Below are positions 12,366-22,469 of a DNA stretch of 64,000 nt, piece by piece. The first letter of the stretch is position 1; each line of letters starts with the position of its first letter. Location of the stretch: NCBI GenBank assembly GCA_963815455.1, contig CAWFGO010000003.1:608001-672000 (forward strand). The letters are read 5' to 3'. Below the pieces are notes generated by a model. It was given only the letters and a program-made list of their open reading frames with translations, did no database searches and was not told the origin of the DNA. The stretch is from an uncultured Verrucomicrobiae bacterium (GTDB taxonomy: Bacteria; Verrucomicrobiota; Verrucomicrobiia; Chthoniobacterales; UBA10450). Position numbers and translations under genes: made by a program.

Positions 12366-12375
12366 CTTACTCCGT

Positions 12376-14306
12376 ATGATTGGAACCCTGGACGCCAAAA
12401 TTCCTTCCGGGCCGCTCGACCGGAAATGGCAGAGTCATCGGGATCATTCCCGGCTCATTAGTCCAAATAATCGGCGCAAATTTGAGATCATCATCGTGGG
12501 ATCGGGGCTGGCCGGCGGCTCGGCGGCGGCAACTCTGGGCGAGCTCGGTTATCGGGTAAAATGTTTTTGTTACCAGGACTCGCCGCGTCGGGCCCATTCG
12601 ATCGCGGCGCAAGGCGGGATCAATGCCGCGAAAAATTATCAGAACGATGGCGACAGCGTTTACCGATTGTTTTACGACACGATCAAGGGCGGCGATTTCC
12701 GTTCCCGGGAAGCGAATGTTTACCGGCTGGCGGAAGTCAGTGCGAACATCATCGACCAATGCGTGGCGCAAGGCGTGCCTTTCGCGCGTGAATACAGCGG
12801 CTATTTGGCAAACCGATCGTTCGGCGGCGCCCAGGTTTCGCGAACATTTTACGCGCGCGGCCAAACCGGCCAACAACTCTTGCTTGGCTGTTATCAGGCG
12901 CTGTGCCGCCAGATCGCTGCCGGCACAGTGCAAATGTTTCCGCAAACTGAGATGCTCGACGTGGTCGTTGTCGATGGTCACGCCAAAGGAATCATCACCC
13001 GCGATCTGCGCACTGGTAAGATCGACATGTGCGCCGCTGACGCTGTCGTGCTGGCCACCGGCGGTTACGGAAATGTTTTCTTTCTTTCAACCAACGCCCG
13101 CGGGTGCAACGTCACCGCCACCTATCGCGCCTACAAAAAAGGCGCGCTGTTTGCCAACCCCTGCTTCACCCAGATCCATCCGACCTGCATCCCTCAAGCC
13201 GGCGATTATCAATCGAAGCTCACCTTGATGTCCGAATCGCTCCGCAACGACGGGCGGGTCTGGGTACCGAAACGAAAGGAAGATTGCGCGAAATCGCCAA
13301 ATCAAATTCCCGAGGCGGACCGCGATTATTATCTGGAACGGAAATATCCGAGCTACGGGAATCTCTCGCCCCGCGATATTTCATCGCGCGCGGCCAAGGA
13401 AGTTTGCGATGAAGGCCGCGGCGTCGGGCCCGGCGGTCGCGGCGTTTATCTGGATTTTGCCGATGCCATCAAAAGGCTTGGCGAAGAAACCATCAGAGAG
13501 CGCTACGGAAATCTGTTCGAGATTTACGAAAAGATCACCGGCGAGAATGCCTACAAAGTGCCGATGCGAATTTATCCCGCGGTGCATTACACCATGGGCG
13601 GGCTCTGGGTGGATTACAATTTGATGAGCAATTTGCCCGGGCTGTTCGTGATCGGCGAAGCGAACTTTTCCGATCACGGCGCGAACCGGCTCGGGGCCAG
13701 TGCGTTGATGCAAGGCTTGGCCGACGGCTATTTCGTTCTGCCATACACCTTGCCGAATTACCTGGCCGGCCAGGTGGGCAAGCGACCTTCCCGGAAAATC
13801 CCGAATTCAAAAAGGCGGAGGCCGATGTTCTCGCGAAGATCGACAATCTTCTCAAAATAAATGGCAAGCGATCGCTCGATTCGTTTCACCGCGAGCTGGG
13901 CATCCTGCTGTGGGATAAATGCGGGATGGCGCGAAATGCAAAAGGATTACGGGAAGCGCTAAAAACAATTCCCGAATTGCGGGAAGCGTTTTGGCGCGAC
14001 GTGCGCGTGCCCGGCCAGAACGAAGATTTCAATCAATCGCTGGAGCGCGCCGGACGCGTCGCCGATTTTCTCGAGTTCGCCGAGCTGATGTGCACCGACG
14101 CGCTGGCCCGGGACGAATCATGCGGCGCGCATTTTCGCGAAGAACATCAAACGCCCGAGGGCGAAGCGCTGCGCGACGACGAAAATTTCGCCGACGTGTT
14201 CGCCTGGGAATTTCAAGGGGCCAACGGCGCAATCGTGCCGCCAAAACTGCATCGCGAGCCGTTGCATTTTGAAACGGTGCATTTAACGCAGAGGAGCTAT
14301 AAGTGA
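12376..14306 (+). CDS. sdhA: Succinate dehydrogenase/fumarate reductase flavoprotein (frameshift near 13790)
   Basis: [46 protein letters not shown]. Confidence 0.97.
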
Positions 14307-14336
14307 AGTTGAGAGTCCTTAGTTGAGAGTTGAGAG
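14307..14336 (+). repeat. Left arm (AGTTGAG x3) of four-helix-bundle insert 2
   Basis: Starts on the first base after the sdhA TGA. Confidence 0.85.
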
Positions 14337-14359
14337 ACAAAACAAACCCAGGAGCGAAT

Positions 14360-14716
14360 ATGTTTAACTTCGAAAAACTCGATGTTTGGCAAAAAGCGAT
14401 CGAATTCGCTGACCTTGTTTACAATCATACTAAGACGTTCCCGCCAGAGGAGCGATTTGGCTTAACCAATCAGCTTCGACGGGCTGCGATCTCCATCTCA
14501 TCAAATATCGCGGAAGGTTCATCACGAAGTTCTAAAGCGGATTTCTCACGCTTCATTGAAATCGCGACAGGCTCCGTATTCGAAGTCACGTCGCAAGCCT
14601 TCATAGCACAACGGCAGGAGTTTCTAAACGACACTAGCTTTCAACAGATTTACAACGGTGCGGAAGAACTCAGTCGAATGCGGAGCGGCCTACGCAAATC
14701 GCTCTTGACCGGTTAA
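14360..14716 (+). CDS. Four-helix-bundle protein (23S rRNA IVS protein family)
   Basis: FEKLDVWQKA...FPPEERFGLTNQLRRAAISISSNIAEGSSR..ADFSRFIEIATGS; AGGAG RBS. Confidence 0.95.
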   Translation: MFNFEKLDVWQKAIEFADLVYNHTKTFPPEERFGLTNQLRRAAISISSNIAEGSSRSSKADFSRFIEIATGSVFEVTSQAFIAQRQEFLNDTSFQQIYNGAEELSRMRSGLRKSLLTG

Positions 14717-14736
14717 CTCGCGATGTGGCGCTTCCG

Positions 14737-14760
14737 ACTCTCAACTCTCAACTCTCAACT
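14737..14760 (-). repeat. Right arm (CTCAACT x3) of four-helix-bundle insert 2
   Basis: Ends on the base before the sdhB ATG; reverse complement of the left-arm unit. Confidence 0.85.
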
Positions 14761-15516
14761 ATGAACTTTCGGCTGAAGATTTGGCGGCAGAAAAGTCGGC
14801 AGACGAAAGGCAAGCTCGTCGCCTACGACGCTCCCGACATTTCACCAAACGCTTCGGTTCTCGAAATGCTCGATATCGTTAACGAGCGGCTATTGCTCCG
14901 AGGCGAGGAGCCGATTGCGTTCGATTCGGATTGCCGCGAGGGAATTTGCGGCACGTGCAGTCTTTCCATCAACGGCGAGGCCCACGGCCCGGATCATCCC
15001 GGCGCGGCTTGCGAGCTTTACATGAGGCAATTTCGCGACGGCGCAAAGATCATCATTGAGCCGTTTCGAGTAAAGTCTTTCCCGGTTGTGAAGGATTTGG
15101 TTGTCGATCGAAGTGCGCTCGATCGGATTGTGCAGGCCGGCGGTTTCATTTCCGCGCGGGCCGGTTCCGCGCCGGAAGCGAATTCAATTCTCGTTCCCAA
15201 GCACGACTCCGATCTGGCCATGGAAGCAGCAGCCTGCATCGGTTGCGGCGCGTGCGCGGCGGCCTGCCCGAACGCTTCGGCCATGCTTTTCACCGCAGCG
15301 AAAGTTTCCCATCTTGCCCTTCTGCCGCAGGGAGGGCCGGAACGGGAAAGCCGGGCTGCGAAAATGGTGCGGGCGATGGACGCCGAAGGTTTCGGCAATT
15401 GCACGAATACCTATGAATGCGAAGCCGTTTGCCCGGCCGAGATCAGCGTCAGTTTCATCGCCAGGCTCAATCGGGAATACGCGCGGTCAAATTTTCGCAG
15501 AAGCGTGGGCGAGTAG
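14761..15516 (+). CDS. sdhB: Succinate dehydrogenase iron-sulfur subunit
   Basis: DCREGICGTC, CIGCGACAAACP, CTNTYECEAVCP. Confidence 0.97.
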   Translation: MNFRLKIWRQKSRQTKGKLVAYDAPDISPNASVLEMLDIVNERLLLRGEEPIAFDSDCREGICGTCSLSINGEAHGPDHPGAACELYMRQFRDGAKIIIEPFRVKSFPVVKDLVVDRSALDRIVQAGGFISARAGSAPEANSILVPKHDSDLAMEAAACIGCGACAAACPNASAMLFTAAKVSHLALLPQGGPERESRAAKMVRAMDAEGFGNCTNTYECEAVCPAEISVSFIARLNREYARSNFRRSVGE

Positions 15517-15517
15517 G

Positions 15518-15672
15518 CTGGGGAGCGCAGGCTGCTAGCCTGCAGTTGCCGGCAGCTTGCCGGCAACATTTGGAGACAGAGATAGCAAAAACACGCAGGG
15601 CGAGATCCGTACCCAGTGATGCATCTCGGCAAGCTGCCGAGATGGACAGGCTGGCAGCCTGTGCTCCCCAGA
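15518..15672. repeat. Palindromic REPIN/MITE-like element, CTGGGGAGCGC family
   Basis: ctggggagcgcaggctgctagcctg...caggctggcagcctgtgctccccag between convergent sdhB and ispE. Confidence 0.9.
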
Positions 15673-15673
15673 A

Positions 15674-16508
15674 TCAGATCGTTTCACACCCGCAGGTCCA
15701 CAATTCCGGGTCGAGCTCGGCCTTTGCGCGCCTGGCTACACCATCGACATCTGCTTTTGACCGCATCACGGCAAACATGGTCGATCCCGAGCCGGACATC
15801 AATGCCGCGCCAACTTCCGGTTGCTTGAGCAACCACATCTTCATTTGGGCGAGAAAAACAAATTTCTCGAAGACTGGACGTTCCAGATCGTTCACGAAAA
15901 TGTGATTCGAGAATTCTTGCGGTCCGTAATTCATTTCCGGAATCTCCTGCGAATTCTGCCAGCGTTCATAGGCCCATGCGGTCGGGACGCCAAATTCGGG
16001 CTTCAACAACAGGATCGACAATCGCTCGGGCAGTTTTATCGGCGTGACCAGTTCTCCGCGTCCTTTGCAGATCGCCGCCGATTGAAAAATGAAAAATGAA
16101 ACGTCTGAGCCGATCGATTCGGCCATTTTAGCAAGCGCTTCGCGCGGCAGTTTCGTTTCGAACAATTCGTCGAGCGCGATTAACGTCGAAGCTGCATCAC
16201 TGCTTCCCCCGCCCAGACCCGCGCCATGCGGAATTTTCTTTTTGAGTTTGATTGAAATGCCGCCTTTACGCTTTCGTTGATTCAAAGAAAGTCTTTGCCG
16301 CGCGCACCACCAAATTGTCGTCGCCATGTCGGGACACCGAGGATCATCGCATTGGAAATCGATCCATCCTCGATCTGTTTCTCGATCTCGATCTCATCGG
16401 AGAGCGAAATCGGCGTGATAAGTGTTTCAATCTCATGAAAGCCATCGCTGCGACTGCCCAGGACGCTCAGGGAAAGATTGATTTTCGCGGGAGCGAAGAC
16501 GCTTGCAT
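15674..16508 (-). CDS. ispE: 4-diphosphocytidyl-2-C-methyl-D-erythritol kinase (frameshifted)
   Basis: APAKINLSL...GFHEIET, KKIPHGAGLGGGSSDAA, MSGSGST. Confidence 0.92.
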
Positions 16509-16510
16509 AT

Positions 16511-16593
16511 TGTCATGTCGAGCGAAGTCGAGAAATCCCGTGTTGCCAGTTAAAGTGACGCAGCGGGATTTCTCGACTTTGCTCGGAATGACA
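16511..16593. repeat. TGTCAT...ATGACA palindromic element filling the ispE/pyrF intergenic gap
   Basis: tgtcatgtcgagcgaagtcgagaaatccc / gggatttctcgactttgctcggaatgaca. Confidence 0.85.
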
Positions 16594-17276
16594 ACTGACA
16601 AAATCATCGTCGCGCTGGACGTCGCGACAAAAAAGGAAGCGCTCGGCCTGGTAGAGCAATTGGGCGCCAAATTTCCTTTTTCAAGATCGGTCTCCAACTT
16701 TACACAGCGGAAGGTCCCGGGAATCGTGCACGCGCCGTTCGAGATGCAGGCGCGAGAGTTTTCCTCGATCTTAAGCTGCACGACATCCCAAATACAGTTG
16801 CGGGCGCCGATCGAATCTGCGGCACCCTGGATGTGCAGATGCTGACCATTCATTTGATCGGTGGAAGCGAAATGATTCGGGCCGCAGCGGGTGCACGATC
16901 AAGGCGACTGTCTTTGCTTGGCGTCACCGTTTTAACGAGCATGGATGGCGACGACACTCGCGAAGCTGGCGTTCCCGACAAGATCGACAATCAGGTATTG
17001 CGTTTGGCAAAACTCGGGATGGAAAACGGAATCGACGGTATTGTGACAAGCCCGACACGAAATCAAGATGCTCCGCGCAGAATTTGGCGGACAAGATCAA
17101 GATTGTAGTGCCCGGGAATTCGGCCGAGCTGGTCGAAACCAGGCGATCAAAAGCGCGCCATGACTCCGCGCGAAGCACTCGAGGCCGGAGCGGATTATCT
17201 TGTGATCGGCCGGCCAATCACGGCGCATGCGAATCCGCCCGAAGCAGTGGCGAAGATCATCAAAGAGATGGAGTAA
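16588..17276 (+). CDS. pyrF: Orotidine-5'-phosphate decarboxylase (multiple frameshifts)
   Basis: [40 protein letters not shown] across frames. Confidence 0.92.
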
Positions 17277-17299
17277 GAGATTTCTTCGCTTCGCTCGGA

Positions 17300-18018
17300 A
17301 TGACGAACGCTTTTCGCGACGCTTGCGGTTTATCACGACTACGGATTGCGCTCGGCGGCGATGAACATGGCCATCGACGAGGCATTGCTCGAAACTGCGC
17401 AAATTCCCTCGATTCGATTTTATCGCTGGGATCATCCTGCTCTGTCATTTGGATATTTCGGCGAAATTCGCGGAAGTCGCGCCTTACGCTTCTCCAGCGC
17501 GAATCTCGTCCGGCGTTGGACCGGTGGCGGGATTGTTTTTCATGGAGAAGATTTGACTTATTCGATCGTAATTCCAGCCAATGATCCGACGTTTTGCGAG
17601 TCATCGATGTCGATCTACGAAAGTGTTCATCGCGCTTTGTGCAGATGTGCTGAATGATAACGGCGACCGCGCAGGTTGTGGCCGGGGGCGTTCGGAGGGA
17701 CGGCCCGGCGCCAGGACACGAGCCGCTGTCAGCGCCAAGCGGCTATCGGTAATTGTTTTACAAATCCGGTGCGCGCGGACGTGATGTTGAATGGACGCAA
17801 AATCGCCGGGGCGGCGCAACGCCGGACAAAACGCGGGTTGCTTCAACAAGGCAGCATCCAGTATCGTCGATCCTGAAACGGGTTGGCTGAGCGATTTGCT
17901 CAAGCGCTTTCGCCCGGATCGCCGCGAGCGAAGGATCGACAATTGCACCGATGTCGAACGCGCACAAGAACTCGCCCGGCATAAATACGGTGCAGAATCG
18001 TGGCTCCGTAGGCGATAA
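17300..18018 (+). CDS. Lipoate-protein ligase A family protein (frameshifted)
   Basis: NMAIDEALL, VRRWTGGGIVFHGEDLTYS, GRKIAGAAQRR. Confidence 0.85.
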
Positions 18019-18092
18019 CGCCGGTCAATTTTTCTCGAATTTGTTTGCCTGTTGTTTTGACAACATGTGAGCCGCCCCTCTATTCTCGGGTT

Positions 18093-19125
18093 GTGGAAGT
18101 ATTCGCATTCGTCTGGCGCGGTGGGAGCTGCTTTTTCTTCGGGCCACTGGCTCATGTGGCGGAATTGGTGCGCCCGCATCTCGAAGAGGTGGAAAAGCGA
18201 ATCGCCGAGCAAGCAGCGGACGTTCGATCCGGCGCTGGAGGGATATGTCGTTTATGCTGTCGGTAGCCGCGGGAAAAGGCTCCGGCCACTGCTCGCTTTG
18301 CTGGCGGGCGGCGCGAGCGGGGCGGTCAAATCGGGACATGTCGATCTTGCCGTGATCGTCGAGCTCATTCACATCGCCACGCTGGTGCATGACGATATCA
18401 TGGACGAAGCGGAACGCCGGCGCGCCCAGCCGACAGTCAACGCGCGCTGGGGAAATTCGCTCAGCGTTTTGCTGGGCGATTGCCTTTTCGCTCACGCCCT
18501 GACTTTATCGACGAATTTCGAAAACGCAGATATCAGCCGAGCGATCGCGCGCACCGCGGCGACAGTTTGCTCGGGCGAGATGATCCAAACCCAGCGCCGG
18601 TTCGATCTGAAGCTCGGGCGTGGAGGAATATTTCCGGATTGTCGCAAATGAAAACCGGCTCGCTCTTTGCCGCCGCAGCGGAATTGGCGGCGGTCATCAG
18701 CGAGGCCGATTCGACTGTGATCGAAACACTTCAGAAATTTCGGGAACGCGGATCGGGACCGCCTACCAAATTTACGATGATTGCCTCGATCTCGCCGGAA
18801 CAGAGAGCGCCACCGGCAAGACCCTCGGAACTGATCTGCGCAAAGGCAAGTTCACGCTGCCGGTCCTGATTTTCCTGCGCTCGGCATCGGAGTTTGAGCG
18901 GGAACGTTGTTGCCAGCTCGTGCTCGAAGAAAAAATCGAGGAGATGACCGAGCTATTGAAAAATGGCGCGACTAACGGCGCGCTCAACGAGTCAATCGAC
19001 GCCGGAAGCGATTTGATTCGGAGGCGCAAGGCGCGCTGGATCGAATCGCCGCAAATCCCTATGCAGACGCGCTTTTTGCCCTCGGTGACGCCTTGCGCGA
19101 AATGTTCGATCAACTTCGCGTCTAG
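18093..19125 (+). CDS. ispB: Polyprenyl (octaprenyl-type) diphosphate synthase (frameshifted)
   Basis: GKRLRP, ELIHIATLVHDDIMD, YQIYDDCLD, GTDLRKGKFTLP; start approximate. Confidence 0.88.
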
Positions 19126-19823
19126 ATGTCGCAGCTCAAGATCCGCGAGATGCCGCAGGGAGAGCGGCCGCGCGAAAAACTTGCGTCTCGCGGCGCATCG
19201 GCGTTAACGGATTCGGAGCTGATTGCGATTTTGTTACGCACCGGAATTCCCGGCGCCAACGCGATCGAAGATCGCGCGCAGATTGTTGGAACAATACGGC
19301 ACATGGAATCGGCTGAGCCGGTGCAGCGTTCACGACTTGGCAGCTATTCCCGGGATCGGTTTCGCAAAAGCGACTCAACTCGTTGCCGCGTTTGAAATCG
19401 GTCAGCGCCTGGCTCGCGAGAAGTTATCGAAGCAGAAAATCGATTCTCCGGAATTGGTTAACGACTTGCTCGGGCCCGAAATGCGCCGGCTAAGCAAGGA
19501 ATCGTTGCGCGTGATTCTGCTCGATACGCGTTATCATTTGATTCGAACCGAGGAAGTTTCCGTCGGCAGTGTGAACGAAAGCATCGCCCATCCACGCGAC
19601 GTTTTTCGGCCCGCGGTCGTTTCCTCGGCCTACGCCGTGATAGTCGTGCACAACCATCCATCGGGGGATGCTTCGCCCAGCCAAACCGATCACAGCCTGA
19701 CCCGTCGCCTGGCCGAAGCTGCCGAACTTATTGCAAATCAAGCTGCTCGATCACGTCATCATCGGCGCACCCGGCAGAAGGCAGTCCCGGTTATTTCAGT
19801 TTCAAGGAAGCAGGCGTTTCTAG
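19126..19823 (+). CDS. radC: RadC/JAB-domain protein (frameshifted)
   Basis: ERPREKL, HPRDVF, VHNHPSGDASPSQTD, LLDHVIIG. Confidence 0.93.
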
Positions 19824-19863
19824 TAAATTCGAAATCCGAATATCGAAATTCGAAAACAGATGA

Positions 19864-20664
19864 GTGACCACAAAAATTCATCCCACGGCGATTATCGATC
19901 CTGGCGCGCAAATCGGAACTGATGTTGAGATCGGTCCGTTTTCGGTGATCGGACCGGAAGTGGTGATCGGAGACAAGACGATTATACAATCGCACGTCGT
20001 GATTGAGAAAGTGTGACAATCGGCTCCGGAAATTTTATCGGGCATGGCGCAATCATCGGCGCGGCGCCGCAGGACCTTTCGTTTTCACCGGAGCGAAGAA
20101 CGAGGGTCGAGATCGGAAACGACAATATCATTCGCGAATACTGCACGATACATCGTGGCAGCGCCGAGAGCAGCGCGACGAAGATCGGCGACAAGAATTT
20201 CCTGATGGCGGGCGCGCATGTCGGTCACAATTGCGAGATCGGAAGCAACGTCATCATCGCGAACAATTGTTTGCTCGGCGGGCACGTGCGCGTGGATGAA
20301 GGAGCGTTCCTCGGCGGTGGCTCGTCATTTCATCAGCTCATGCACGTCGGACGGCTGGTGATCGCGCAGGGCGGATCGGCTTTCAGCAAAGACATTCCCG
20401 CCGTTTGTGATAGCGGCAGAACGCAATGATGTTTTCGGAATAAATGTGATTGGTCTGCGTCGCGCCGGTTTTAGCGCCCAGGATCGAGATGAAATCAAAG
20501 CGGCATTCAAATTGATTTACTCGAGCGGACTGAACGTCGCCCAGGCCCTGGAGAAAGCGGGAGCGATGAAACTCGGCGCGGCTGCGCGCGAGTTTTTCGA
20601 ATTCGTTGCGCATGCAAAGAAACGCGGCATTTGCCCGATCAAGCGCGGCCCGGCCGAGGCCTAA
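19864..20664 (+). CDS. lpxA: Acyl-ACP--UDP-GlcNAc O-acyltransferase paralog (frameshifted)
   Basis: [39 protein letters not shown]. Confidence 0.85.
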
Positions 20665-20704
20665 AGTAGCCATCATCATCGGCGCTTGAAAGGCGCGGGC
20701 GGCT

Positions 20705-21691
20705 ATGCATTCTTGGTTGAAGCTTGCCCCGGGAGGCGAGCCAGGCCGCCCAATGAACAGCAGCCCCATCATCGTGGATCGGGTAACAACCGATTCGAAA
20801 GTTTTCGCCTACAGCCGCTGGGATGCCATTCCGGTCGCGGCTGGTCTGCTCCATTTCGCCTATTTTTTGGGAATGTTTTATCTTTTTCCGCGAGCGCCGC
20901 TGTGGGTCATGCTCGTTTTGGGCTTTATCTATTCGGTGAGCATTTCCTGGAACATCAATGGGATTTCTCACAACTTCATTCACAATCCCTATTTCCGATC
21001 CCCGTTGTTGAATCGTCTCTTTAGCATTCTCGAATCCGTGACGGTCGGTTTTAGCCAGGTTTTTTATGAGTGCATCCATATGCAACATCACAAAGGCAAT
21101 GCCGACCGGCCTGATGAAAACGGTGAGACCATCGATTGGATCTCGATCTACAAACATGGCGACGATGGAGAAGCCGAGCACCCGTTGAAATACACGTTCC
21201 TCAGTTTCTTCCGGGAAGATCCAAAGACGGTGTTCAAAGAATTGAAGCGCAAAAATCCGTGGGAAGCGTTCTGGGGCGTGCTCGAGCTCACCCTTTTTGT
21301 TGGCACCTTCGTCCTTCTGGGGTTTCTCAACTGGCGCTACATCGCTTTCTTAATTCCCTTCTATTATCTGGGGCACAGCCTTTCTTACCTCAACGGCTAC
21401 TATCGTCATTACGGCGGGAATCCGGATCAACCTCTGGCTTGGGGAGTGAGCAGTTACGACAAACTTTACAATTGGATCTGGTTTTATAACGGCTACCACG
21501 CCGAACATCATTTCCGCCCGAAGGTTCATTGGACCCGGATGGAGGCTTTTCGCGATCAGATCGCCGAGCAACAACGCGCCGCCGGAGTCCGCGTGATCAA
21601 GCCACCGCACGCACTCGGTTTTCTCGATCCCGACCTGCCTCCGCATGCGCGAGCCAGATCGAGCGGCGACGCCGAACCAAGCCTGGGCTAA
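20705..21691 (+). CDS. Membrane fatty-acid desaturase family protein
   Basis: His boxes HNFIH, HMQHH, YHAEHH. Confidence 0.9.
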   Translation: MHSWLKLAPGGEPGRPMNSSPIIVDRVTTDSKVFAYSRWDAIPVAAGLLHFAYFLGMFYLFPRAPLWVMLVLGFIYSVSISWNINGISHNFIHNPYFRSPLLNRLFSILESVTVGFSQVFYECIHMQHHKGNADRPDENGETIDWISIYKHGDDGEAEHPLKYTFLSFFREDPKTVFKELKRKNPWEAFWGVLELTLFVGTFVLLGFLNWRYIAFLIPFYYLGHSLSYLNGYYRHYGGNPDQPLAWGVSSYDKLYNWIWFYNGYHAEHHFRPKVHWTRMEAFRDQIAEQQRAAGVRVIKPPHALGFLDPDLPPHARARSSGDAEPSLG

Positions 21692-21718
21692 GCTTCGACC
21701 CGCGGCCGGCGACGCGAT

Positions 21719-22390
21719 TCACTCCAATCCAAGAATCGCCAGCATCCGGCCGGTTTTCCCCTTCTCGATGCGGTAGGAATAGTAGCGCTCCAAATCACAG
21801 GCGGTGCAGGCCCCGCTGTCGTGAACTTCCTTCACACCGGCAGATCGACATTGCCGGACAATTTCCGCCGCGAAATCGATCTCGTAATGCGGCGGACGAA
21901 TGCAAGGACTGAGCTGGACGATCATGTCGGCGGGACTCGACCCAAATTTCTCTTTCATTTGCTCGATCGCCTTGGCCGCAATCGCCTGGGCCGTTCCTTT
22001 CTTGCCGGAATGAACGAGGCCGATCGCGGGCGTTTTAGGATCGACAATGTAAACCGCGCAACAATCGGCGACATGAATGCCGAGGAGGATGCCGGGCCGA
22101 TTTGTAATCATTCCGTCGCAGCCGATTCCAAATTCGTGTGGCATATGCAACATGGAATTGGAATCCACGACTGCCAACCGATTCCCGTGAATTTGCTCGA
22201 CTGTGAGCAACGGCCAGTCGGCGAGGCCGAGTTGACGTCGGATGCCTTGATGCGCGGCTTCGAGCCGTCTTAACACTTTCGCTTTTTCGTGCGAAGCATC
22301 AATGCCGGCGATACGTGTAATGAACGCGCTGCGGCAAACGCCGGTCGCTTCCAGCGCGGGAAAATATTCAATCGGTTCTTGCTTTGTCAC
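21719..22390 (-). CDS. pgeF: YfiH/PgeF family protein
   Basis: EQIHG, DGMIT, VADC, HSG, YYSYR...GRM. Confidence 0.88.
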   Translation of the reverse strand: MTKQEPIEYFPALEATGVCRSAFITRIAGIDASHEKAKVLRRLEAAHQGIRRQLGLADWPLLTVEQIHGNRLAVVDSNSMLHMPHEFGIGCDGMITNRPGILLGIHVADCCAVYIVDPKTPAIGLVHSGKKGTAQAIAAKAIEQMKEKFGSSPADMIVQLSPCIRPPHYEIDFAAEIVRQCRSAGVKEVHDSGACTACDLERYYSYRIEKGKTGRMLAILGLE

Positions 22391-22469
22391 CTGGAACTCA
22401 CCGTTGCCGCAAAAAATCTCAAAGGCCGCAAACGCGGCATCTGAAGGCTTCGCGCCCAGAGTTGAACTC

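Noticed and set aside
11938..14716. Diversity-generating retroelement (Avd-like genes present)
   Set aside because: No reverse transcriptase and no TR/VR pair; the ALDH tail copies differ at all base types, not only adenines
19126..19823. radC as a mobile-element anti-restriction gene
   Set aside because: Full-length chromosomal type embedded in a housekeeping operon
12140..20450. Many frameshifts in sdhA, ispE, pyrF, ispB, radC and lpxA, suggesting pseudogenisation or programmed frameshifting
   Set aside because: They hit essential genes, cluster regionally and often fall at short homopolymers; best explained as long-read consensus errors
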